Source: Octopus sinensis (taxonomy: Eukaryota). From it: 64,000 nt of DNA. Under the pieces are notes generated by a model. The model was not told the DNA's origin. It did not search any database and saw only the letters and a program-made list of their open reading frames with translations. Below, in pieces: positions 1 through 10,399 of this stretch (position 1 is its first letter; each line of letters opens with the position of its first letter). Location of the stretch: positions 14,942,001-15,006,000 of the forward strand of contig NC_043010.1 in the NCBI RefSeq assembly GCF_006345805.1. Reading direction: 5' to 3'. A program made the position numbers and the translations under genes.

Positions 1-561
1 TACATGTACATGAATGTTGTTCCATAGTTTTCTGAGCTAGCTATGAATGTGAGTGACTTGTTAATGAATGCGTATCTGAGCATTAGTGCGCGTATATGTA
101 CGAGTGTGCGCATTTCAGTATGCGAATGTGTGATTATATGAGTCTGTGTATCTATGTTATTCTAATACAAAAGATTTACATGTCTACCGAGGATACGCCA
201 TCAATTAGACAGCCTGTCAATGGAAATGGAGCTTTCATCTTCTTACTGTTTACTATGTATTTATCTATAATTCTCTATAAATACATGTGTATGTGTGTGT
301 GTGTTTCAGTGCATGTATGTGTTGTGCGTATGAGCGTACCTGTGTATAAGCATGTGCGATTTCGTGTATGTGCATGTATAATTGTATATTAGTGCATCGG
401 AGAGAAATTAGGTAAATAAGTAAAAGGATGATGTAACGAATGACGAACGTAAAAGAAAAAAAATAATAATTTTCGTTTTATTTGGAGAAGGAGGATAAAA
501 ACCTAGAGGTAATTGTTAGAAAGCGGAGATAATTACAAGAAATACACAATAGATATATGTA

Positions 562-1776
562 CAGGGGTTGGACAAAATAATGGAAACCCCTTAAATTTCA
601 AACAAATTTATTTTAATATGGGGTTGAACCGCCTTGGCAGAAGTTACAGGTTGAATTCTACGAGGTATGGACTCGTACAAAGTTCGAATTGTTTCCGAAG
701 GAATTTTTCTCCATTCTTCAGCTAAAACAGTCTCTAGTTTTTGTAGTGATGATCGAGGAGGATATTGACTCCTTATTTGTTTTTCTATGCACCATAAATG
801 TTCAATAATTTTGAGATCTAGGGACTGTGGTAGCCAGATAAGATATTCAATTTCCCTACAATGTTCCTCGCACCATTCAGCAACAAATTTAGCTGTGTGA
901 ATTGGTACATTATCATCCCGAAAGATGTGTGAATTAGTACAATATCATAGGATTAATTTGATCAGATAAAATGCTTAAATAGTCTTGACTATTAATTCTG
1001 CGATGAAGGGAAACCATTGGATTTCCAAGATATAACCCCACCCTCACCAGATTATCACAGACCCTCCTCTGTGTTTAACAATTGGAAAAAGGCAGTTTGG
1101 GTTAAGTGCTTCGTTTCAGTGTCTCCACACGTATACTCGGCCGGTGGTAGGAAATAAGGTAAAGGATGACTCGTCCGAGAAAATAACATTCTTCCACTGC
1201 TCTAGGGACCAATTCTGTAGGTTTTTTACTCCACTCTAAACGCTTTGCAACATTTGTTTTTGAAAGTAGTGGTTTTTTTATTGAAGCTTTCCCGTGAAAT
1301 CCGGCTTTGTGCAGCTCCCGGCAAAAAGTATTTGTGGAAACTGGGTTCTCGAGGTGGTCATTAAGCTCTGCAGTAATCTTGGGAGCCGTATTTTTGTGAT
1401 CCTTCAAACAACTTGCGTAAGAGTCTGACGGTTCGTATCTGAAAGTTTTGGTTTTCTTCCGGAGTTTTGTTTCGGCGAGGAGGTTTTTCCCTCTTTCTCA
1501 AAGGCTGTCATTACTTTCGAGACAGTACTTCTTGATATAGAAGACATTTCAGCCATTTTCGTTACGCTAGCGCCTGCCATACAAGCACCAACATAATTTT
1601 AGTTACCTTTTCTGATGATATCTGAAAAGAAACATCAAATTTAGTAAAATATATTAAGCAACACTAACAGTAAATAAAAAACAACATAAAAATAAACAAA
1701 CATTTGACGGTTTTATAGATATTCAAAATTATGATGCTATGATGCTAGGTGTTTCCATTATTTTGTCCAACCTCTG
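562..1776 (-). mobile_element. Tc1-family DNA transposon, internally deleted, both ends intact
   Basis: 26-bp TIRs CAGGGGTTGGACAAAATAATGGAAAC (562-587) and GTTTCCATTATTTTGTCCAACCTCTG (1751-1776), 1 mismatch; TA on both flanks (560-561, 1777-1778); transposase remnants on the minus strand. Confidence 0.93.
780..1420 (-). pseudogene. Degenerate Tc1 DD34E transposase
   Basis: Minus-strand translations: KITAELNDHLENPVSTNTFCRELHKAGFHG (HTH, ORF 1102-1407), WKNVIFSDESSF, VKHRGGSVIIW*, FRDDNVP, WLPQSLDLKIIEHLW; frameshifts and stops. Confidence 0.9.
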
Positions 1777-1912
1777 TAGGTAGGGCAAAATCTGATGTTT
1801 GTTTATATGTAAGAGTAAAGTTACAGACTTGTGACGATCGTAGTGAACATCATCGCTGAAATGTGATGAGCTAACAATAGATTTTACATATAGAAATATT
1901 ACGAGGACTTTG

Positions 1913-2322
1913 GGATCTTTTCGGTTTGACCGGCAGTTTTTAAAAATAATTTCCACGTAACTAAACACTTTTAAACTTCGTATACTGGTAGAATGTGTTT
2001 ATAAAACATCTTTTTCTGTTGGCTTTAATGAGAAAATTCTATAGTTTGTAAGATATTTGTTGTTTTTTTCTTCAATTTCTGCAATTCCAACAATCACTGA
2101 CGTCAATTGAGGTAAAAAACATTCTGTGCCGTATGAATATGTCCCTCGTTTAAGAAACAGATTGGGTTTATTTAGATTTGTGAAGAAAAAAAGATACTCT
2201 TACCCCCACCCCTAACCCTAAAACAGATTGAAATGCAATAGATCGATACTAGAGTCATAATTATGGGTGACAATTTCATATGATACCGCTAGAAAAAACT
2301 GCCGTTCAAACCGAAAAGATCC
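1913..2322 (-). mobile_element. MITE, GGATCTTTTCGGTTTGAACGG family, copy 1
   Basis: About 28-bp TIRs GGATCTTTTCGGTTTGAcCGGCAGTTTT / AAAACTGCCGTTCAAACCGAAAAGATCC; interior is the reverse complement of the copies at 6961, 15961 and 39696; TSD not retained. Confidence 0.88.
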
Positions 2323-2679
2323 GAGATTTATTGTTTCAGTCCCTTCCTCCCACTTGAATAACCCAAATAGCAATACTTAGCAAATTAAGTCAAAGAGTTC
2401 TATTTCTTTGTGGCAAAATCAGAGGAGGAAGAACTGTGCTCAGGTTTCTGTTTAGCTCTTTCGAGATTAAGCGGTTAGGGACAATGGAATTATTATCTCA
2501 CCGGAGAACTGGTCCGGGGTGCAGCCAAAGAGGAGGTTGATGTGTTAAATCGGGAGAGGGTTTACATCTTCCACTCAAGAATAAGCGCTGCCTTGGTATA
2601 TTAGAAATGTACGTGCTTTTCTCAGCGTTTTTACCGTTTTTACCAATATATATATATATATAACCAAGTTTACTTTCAA

Positions 2680-2935
2680 CTCTAAAACTAATCGGAACGG
2701 GGAAATGCTCTAAGATTTTTTAGAGGAATTTACTCTTTACACCTCCAACAATTATTTTATGAAACCAAAAGGACAACTTTGGACATTCGAGTATCCATTT
2801 GTTGACAGGGCACAAATTGACTACATCATCTTTCGAAAGAAATGGCGCAATAGTGTCAAAGACTCGAGATCCTACTCTTCCTTTAGTTCTGTTGGCTCCG
2901 ACCACAGAATTGTATCAGCTACCGTTAAGCTTATG
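2680..2935 (+). mobile_element. LINE APE-endonuclease fragment (RTE-like)
   Basis: NGEML..F EEF..., then MKPKGQLWTFEYP...RAQIDYIIFRKKWRNSVKDSRSYSSFSSVGSDHRIVSATVKL, with the IDYI and SDH motifs of LINE APE domains. Confidence 0.8.
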
Positions 2936-3504
2936 GCTGTGGGATTAATAAATTGGCTTCAATTTCAAAACATTGGTGTCCAGGTCACAAAAGCAAAATC
3001 TGAAGGCAATTTTAGTCAGTTCTTTTGATTTCTAGATAAAAGGAAATAGGAAATAACACTTACTGACCAAAGACAACAACAAAATAAAGAAATTAAATAG
3101 AATTTTTGCTACACAAGGTTGCTACTATATCCAAGAGTACAGCGTTACATGAGAGCAGAAAGAGTCGTAAGAAAAAACGAAATATTTCATCTTAAAACAA
3201 TGAACAGCTTTCCTTCTAAATATTTATTGTTCGTACGATTTGTCGACTGGGAAGAATTTGAGCGTATGAAACAAATCTTAAACATAAAGATGTTTACGAC
3301 CAATCAAGTGTAAATAGTGTAGTCATGTGATTATTGGGGGGAAACGGACCAGTAAGCAGTACTGGTGTTACTGACGTGTATATGTAGTTGATTTGTCATT
3401 GATGTATACCAAATCAGATTAGTCGATCAACAAGCATCATTTAAATGTGTGGCGAAACCTAGGAGCTATTACAAATACATTTACATTCTATGATTATTCA
3501 GCGC

Positions 3505-3675
3505 GTGTGTGCTTGTGTGTGCGTGTGTGTGTGTGTGCCTTTGTCTGTATCTATGTGTGTATGTGTGGTTGTGTTTATATACGTGAGCTTATATATATAT
3601 GTGCTTGTGCGTATATATCTGTATGCGAGTCTCTCTCTGTCTCTCTGTCTGTCTCTGTCTGTCTCTGTCTCTCTG

Positions 3676-3727
<52 letters not shown>

Positions 3728-3734
3728 GATATAG

Positions 3735-3788
<54 letters not shown>

Positions 3789-3860
3789 ATCTATATATAC
3801 GTATATATGTATGCATATGTGTGTACGTCAGTGTGTGTGTGTATGTATGTGTCTATGTTT
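3505..3860. repeat. Compound (TG)n/(TC)n/(TA)n microsatellite
   Basis: Direct reading; accounts for overlapping ORFs 3447-3959. Confidence 0.95.
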
Positions 3861-4528
3861 TCAAAAAGAAAAACAGAGATCAAACACGGGCACACACACA
3901 CAGCTTTATATTATATATTAAGTAAATATTCTTACTTAATAATACACACCCATCAATGAATGCGTCGACACTCCTAGATACGTATGCACACATTCCTATT
4001 GAATCACCTTTTCTCACAAACACACACACATACACACATGCACACTGACACATGTGTATAAATGTGTGCGTGAATGTGTCCAAGAAGATGGCATTTGTGT
4101 GCACGGGCAAAACAAGCGCATATAAACACATACGCACAAACCGAAGCACACCGGACGTATCAAGAAGTTCGTACACACAGCTTAATACGTTGTATACTCA
4201 GAAAGATATTATTGTATTTGTCTGGCCCAACTTGCTATTGTGTTCTTTAGGCTGAAGCTTTTTGTTCCAGTGACCAAACTGATGCACATACATGTACACA
4301 CACACACACACACACACACAACACATCACTTCTATGTATATATGCACATATATTTATATACCTATATGTATCCATACACATAAATGCATACGTATATATG
4401 TACATATATGTATATATGTGCGTGTATAGGTTATATGTATATATGTGCGTATATATATGTAGATATATATATATGTATATATATGCATATATATATATGT
4501 ATGTGTATATGTCTGTGTGTATAGGTTA

Positions 4529-5240
4529 TCTCTCTATATATAAAACTGGGAATGTGTATCTGTCTGTCTGTCTGTGTGTTTCCCTAAAACTTGAGAACTG
4601 CACAATCAATTTCATTCAAATTTTACACATGCCTTACTTAGGGTCCGGGGAGTGTCATCGACAAAAAAGTTTTAATTTTTTGCCTAGGGCGAGCCCACAG
4701 CAATATCCTATCTTCTCCACTACGGTTCCCCAAAAATTGAGAACTACACAACCAATTTCATTCAAATTTTACACATGCCTTACTTAGGGTCCATGTAGTT
4801 TTATGGGCAAAAAAAAGTTCAACTTCTTGCCTACAGAAGGTAAATTCCCCACAATAGAAGCAAGGTTCGAGTAAACGGAGCGTGCAAGGGAGTACTCGAC
4901 TCGAACTTGCAAAGTGGAAATATTCTATTTTTACCTTTATATCTGGGACGTAGGACGTCCCGGATAAAAAGCAGTAGAGGTAGGCTGGATTGTAGCCACA
5001 CTTCTATACAAGAGGGAGGACAAGATACAATTGATAGAAATTGCAAGAGACGGGCTTACAATTCCAGTCTGTTATATATTTTGAGTATTGTTATCACTAG
5101 CGATATCAAGATATAACTTTGTATTTTGTATTTTATGTGTAGATGTATATATATAGATGTACATGTAATATGTACACATATATATATACACATATATACA
5201 TGCACTTGCACTATGACCCGGCAACAACGGGTCATAATAG
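4529..5240 (+). mobile_element. Non-autonomous Helitron/Helentron-type (HINE/DINE-1-like) element
   Basis: 5' A|TCTCTCTATATATAAAA; (CTGT)n at about 4559-4574; internal 146-bp-period tandem repeat (4586-4687 vs 4732-4834); terminal 9-bp hairpin TATGACCCG-gcaacaa-CGGGTCATA (5212-5236). Confidence 0.6.
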
Positions 5241-5258
5241 GTTATATATGTGTGTGTG

Positions 5259-5572
5259 TGTGGAGGCACATGGCCTAGTGGTTAGAGCAGCGGACTCGCG
5301 GTCGAATGCTCGTGGGTTCGAATCTCAGACCAGTTGATTTGTGTGTTTATGAGCGAAGCACCTAAGCTCCATGCGGCTCCGGCAGAAGGTAATGGCGAAC
5401 TTCTGCTGAGTCTTTCGCCACAACTTTCTCTCACTCTTACCTCCTGCATCTTGCAGCTCAGCTGCGACGGACCGACATCCCGTTCCAGGTGGGGAACCTA
5501 TACGCCAAGAAACCGGGAAAACCGGCCCTTATGAGCCAGCCATGGCTTGAGAAAGAACAAACAAACAAACAA
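5259..5572 (+). mobile_element. tRNA-derived SINE family A
   Basis: Head GGAGGCACATGGCCTAGTGGTTAGAGC...GGGTTCGAATC (A/B boxes), (CAAA)n tail; three further copies in the window. Confidence 0.9.
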
Positions 5573-5599
5573 TATATATATATATGTATGTGTGTGTAT

Positions 5600-5778
5600 A
5601 AGGATGAAATGCCACTTATATTTAAACACTATACAAATATTCTTTTAAAAAAAATTTTCTTTTAATTTTTCTAAATTTAATTATTTAATTGTTACAGTTG
5701 AAAAGGTCTCAATGACTGAAACCGGCACTGAAATGTTCTTTATAAAAGTATTTTAGCATTTTCTATCCTGACTTGTTT

Positions 5779-5790
<12 letters not shown>
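5600..5790 (+). mobile_element. Solo Penelope terminal-repeat (pLTR) fragment, family F
   Basis: Closely similar to the 3' end of the Penelope-like element (36590-36778); ends in (TA)n. Confidence 0.8.
5695..5730 (+). ncRNA. Minimal hammerhead ribozyme variant (U3-A8 core; 16.1 is C)
   Basis: CAG-TTGAAAA-GGTC-tcaat-GACT-GAAA-CCGG-CA-CTG: stem I, stem II and palindromic stem III all present. Confidence 0.55.
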
Positions 5791-5823
<33 letters not shown>

Positions 5824-5873
5824 CATACATATATATATATATATGTATGTGTATATATATATAACACATATAT

Positions 5874-5908
<35 letters not shown>

Positions 5909-6069
5909 CATGTTCACACATATAGACAGGCAGAAAATCATATTTATATGCAGACACAAGCACACGTTTATACACCCGTCTTACTTTTATGACATCAGTT
6001 CACTCGCATAAAACAGTATTTATCAATTTGGCTCCATTTATATTCACTTCATAAAACTATTAATGCTAT

Positions 6070-6335
<266 letters not shown>

Positions 6336-6960
6336 GCTGATAACTCAATCTTGTCTTTAACCGTTTCTAATTTTCTTTTGAATATATATATATATATGTG
6401 TGCGTGTGCGTGTGTGAGTATACACACATATATATATGTATATAAGTTTATAACATGTACTTATAGTATGTGCGTGTATATATATGTTTATATATATATA
6501 TATATATGTGTGTGTATATATATATATATATGTATATGCATTGGTATGAATATACATTAGCATTTACACACACACCAACACACACATACACATAAGATTA
6601 TATATATTCATATATGAATATCATTATTTATCGACGTACGAATTCTTTATAGCTACAATACCAAAGATCTTCACAATGCCTATCCCACCTCATACCTCCT
6701 CCTCACGCTCGCACACAGACTTCGAGTATGCGTGCCCAGCCTACGTGTATTCTTACTAATATGTGTATGTGCGTCTGAGTTCCCAGGTTGACATAACCTG
6801 ATATCTAAGATAAAGAAATTCACGTCGACATTTTCTTGATCACTTTTTGCACATTTTATATATCCTTTCAGTTTATCGTAAATTTTCTTCTGTTTTATTT
6901 ATTCTATTATGGATTTTAAAAAATGGATTTTTTCAGTTTGAACCAAAGAGGACATTATGC

Positions 6961-7368
6961 AGATCTTTTCGGTTTGAACGGCAATTTTTCTAACGGTGTC
7001 ATATGAAATTGTCACCCATAATTATGACCCTAGTATCGATCTATTGCATTTCAATCTGTTTTAGGGTTAGGGTTAGGGGGAAAGGTATCTTTTTTTCTTC
7101 AGAAATGTAAATAAACCCAATCTGTTTCTTAAACGAGGGACATATTCGTACGGCACAGAATGTTTTTTTCCTCAATAGACGTCAGTGATTGATTGAAATT
7201 GCAGAAATTGAAGAAAAAACCCCAAATATCTTACTAACTATAGAATTTTCTCAATAAAGCCAAGAGAAAAAGATGTTATATAAACACATTCTACCAGTAT
7301 ACGAAGTTTAAAATTTTTTAGTAACCTAGAAATTATGTTAAAAACTGCCGTTCAAACCGAAAAGATCC
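6961..7368 (+). mobile_element. MITE, GGATC family, copy 2
   Basis: TIRs AGATCTTTTCGGTTTGAACGGCAATTTT / AAAACTGCCGTTCAAACCGAAAAGATCC; internal (TTAGGG)3 at 7061-7078. Confidence 0.9.
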
Positions 7369-8084
7369 CCCAATTTTTTTTTTTCAAACTTGATTTTTCA
7401 GGTTCTTTATTTCTAATTGAAAAGCAACTTATATTTGTCCATGAAGTTATCGCAACCCTTACAATCTTATTATCACCGAATACAAAAAAACAGGTTGTCT
7501 GAATATCTATGAATACCAAAGTGCGATTTGGTTAAGTATATGAATACTTAAAGATTAATAGTTTCTGCTACAGAGACATCGAGCATGCTTCGGCAAGCTT
7601 ATGAGTCGTACGCAATGTTTTGAACGGCATGGGTGCACGACAGAGCCGCAGATCAGTCAAAACCATGCTCATTTTTAGCCAAATAGGTGGCCGGTCAAAA
7701 TTTACTCTAAATTTAAAAGAAAAAGAAAAGCATACATATACACTCACACGCACGCACAAACCGCCCCATAAACAGGCAAGCAAATAAAAACAAACACAAA
7801 CACACACACACGCACTTACACACATATCCTTTTTAAGGCTCAGATCTTATCCTGTCACTACTAAAATATATAGAAAATATTTTTTTCTTTTTCAGGAAAT
7901 GACGAGAAACAATTACGGATATGTTTGGAGCTTTTGGCTTCATCAAACGCCAGCGTTTTAGACTAAACGTTTGAACGCATCATTAGGCAAACATACAATA
8001 TTTTACATTGAGGTTAAATTCAGAGGAGCATTTGAAAAAAATTAGATTACACTGGACCTTAAAACATTTAACTAGAAATATACT

Positions 8085-8514
8085 CCTTTACTCTTTTATT
8101 TCTTTCAGTCATTTGACTGCAGCTATGCTGGAGCACCGCATTTAGTCGAGCAAATTGACCCCATGACTTATTCTTTGTAAGCTTAGTATTTATTCTGTTG
8201 GTCTTTTTGCCGAACCGCTAAGTTACAGGGAAGTAAACGCAACAGTATCGGTTGTTAAGCGATGTTGAGGTAACAAAAACAGACACGCACACACATACAC
8301 ACATGCACACACATACAGACACAAACACATACAAACACACACACACACACACATACACACACACATATGCATACGACGGGCTTCTTTCAATTTCCGTCTA
8401 CCAAATCCACTCACGAGGCCATATTAGAATTCACTTGGCCAAGGTGCCACGCAGTGGGACTGAAACCGGAATCATCTGGTTGGTAAGCAAGCTACTTACC
8501 ACACAAACACTCCT
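8085..8514 (-). mobile_element. SINE family B (CORE-like domain, internal (CA)n, ...GACTGAAACAAGTAAAAGA tail)
   Basis: Reverse complement of GGAGTGGCTGTGTGGTAAGTAGCTTGC head and ...CAGTCAAATGACTGAAA tail; 12 other copies or fragments in the window. Confidence 0.88.
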
Positions 8515-8879
8515 TCATAGTAAGATAAAATACCACAGACCCACGTCTGTGCAGTAAGATAAAATGTAAAAAAAAGACTAATTTTTACATGTGAATTATC
8601 TTTTAGGACTTATAGAGAAATTGCCTGAAGCATTTTGAAATTGTTTGATTAGCCAGACACTGGAAAACGGATGGAAAGATGCAGGATTGCAGATACAGGT
8701 TGACACCCAGCTTCTTTAGTTAAATGATGTTTGACATCAGGCATCTTTATGTGTATATTTCTGCCCATGAGTGCGAATATAATATATACATCCATTCATA
8801 CATCCATCCATCCATTCACATCCATCCATCCATCTATCTATCCATCCATCCATCCATCCATCCATCCATACATACATAT

Positions 8880-8947
<68 letters not shown>

Positions 8948-8960
8948 ATATATATATATT

Positions 8961-9110
8961 GTTTTTTTCTGTGTATCTTTCTGTCGAAGAGCGTAGGCTC
9001 GAAACGTAAAAGACTTGTTCTATTTCTATTCCTGAGCGCCATACTAATACGTTTATTTGTTTGTACTCCACCTGCCTTCGTCTTTTGTTTATTTCCGTAA
9101 ACCTTCCCGT
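8961..9110 (+). mobile_element. (TA)n-flanked solo pLTR-like fragment carrying a hammerhead motif
   Basis: Related segments at 21775-21930 and 40575-40790 share GAAGAGC..GCTCGAAA, a downstream GAGCG motif and (TA)n flanks. Confidence 0.6.
8976..9013 (+). ncRNA. Minimal type-I hammerhead ribozyme, A6 mutated to U
   Basis: TCTTT-CTGTCGA-A-GAGC-gtag-GCTC-GAAA-CG-TA-AAAGA: 5-bp stem I, 4-bp stem II, palindromic ACGT stem III. Confidence 0.7.
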
Positions 9111-9396
9111 TATATATATATATACATAGATACATACTTACATATAAATTTCTAATAGTTTATATTATATATATATACATATATATAGTTATCAGTAATA
9201 ATATAGGGTGAAATTAATTAATTTGGAATCATCATTATTACACCAAGTAATTAATGATTATATATATATATATATGGGCCCTGCTCGCTTGGCAGCGGGG
9301 GTGGCGTCATTTGAAGGCTAAAACAATGCGAAGCGCATTGTGACCAGCGATGTGTAGCAACATCTGATAGCCTGGTCGGTCACTGTGATCACGGTG

Positions 9397-9447
<51 letters not shown>

Positions 9448-9461
9448 TATATAACTAAAAG

Positions 9462-9676
9462 TACAAGTAAAGTACAAAGAAAGAGAGTTGGAGCTAGGAT
9501 GTCATCCTGCTTGACCCCATTCTCTACAGGAATGGGTCCCGTTATGCCACCACCAACATTCACCCAACCCTCCATCCCATTATGAAATTATTAAATTATA
9601 GATACAAAGTGATCCGGACATCCAGGTTTGCCAAGTATTTTCCATAGTAAAGACCTATTCACAGTATCAAAGGCCT
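9462..9676 (-). mobile_element. RTE LINE reverse-transcriptase fragment (inverted 5' segment)
   Basis: KAFDTVNRSLLWKILGKPGCPDHFVSII**FHNGMEGWVNVGGGITGPIPVENGVKQDDILAPTLF. Confidence 0.9.
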
Positions 9677-10220
9677 GAATGTTGGCTGGACCTTAAAAAC
9701 TCCAGATACACAGGTCCTAAGGAAGCTAATATCTGGAGTATTGAATCGACGGTGCAGAAGCACAGGATACGTTGGACTGGACACCTTATTAGAATGAAGG
9801 ATAGCAGGATCCCTAAGCAGATGCTATATCGGGAACCTGTGAAAGAGAGAGACCCCGGCAGAAACCAATGCTGCGATTTAAGGACTGTGTCAAGTCCTCA
9901 TTAAAGGCCTGTGATATGCAGGAGACAGACTGGGAGAGCAATGTCTGTCATCGTCACAGATGGAGGAAGCAGGTTATAGAAGGGGTCGACACTTTTAAGA
10001 AAGCACGTATTCTGCATGAAGAACTTAAGTGTGCCGCTCGAAAGCGCACTGCTGGGGTAGTGAATGGGGAAAGCTTGGTTTGCAATGTTTGCAGTCGAGT
10101 ATGCTTGTCAAGTGTAGGGCTCATTAGGCACCAATGGAACCGCAAATGCTACTTATAATTTAGTTCCCGAGTGCACAATTTTCCTGAAGGTCAGCAATGG
10201 TCTTCCTCGGTCACGAGTGG
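9677..10220 (+). mobile_element. RTE LINE 3' end (post-RT region, C-terminal C2H2 finger, 3'UTR)
   Basis: IWSIESTVQKHRIRWTGHLIRMKDSRIPKQMLYRE...RFKDCVKSSLK...CNVCSRVCLSSVGLIRH. Confidence 0.9.
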
Positions 10221-10367
10221 ATGGCCGTCATATAATCATCACTATATATAAGGGCCGGATTTATAAGGGTGTGGAGGGGGCAATTGCCCAAGGCTTCTAG
10301 ATATTGAACGGGGAGGATGATAGGAAGGATGATATATATATATATCACATATATATAATATATATAT

Positions 10368-10399
<32 letters not shown>

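Noticed and set aside
5259-5335. tRNA-like sequences at SINE A, B and C heads
   Set aside because: They continue into SINE bodies with tails and TSDs and lack a complete cloverleaf; not called as tRNA genes.
9276-9400. GC-richer island between (TA)n tracts, possibly a SINE or LINE 3' end
   Set aside because: Single copy here with no diagnostic motif; cannot be assigned without a search.
10249-10320. AGGGCCGGATTTA..GGGGCAATTGCCC, resembling a DNA-transposon terminus
   Set aside because: No matching opposite TIR found in the window.
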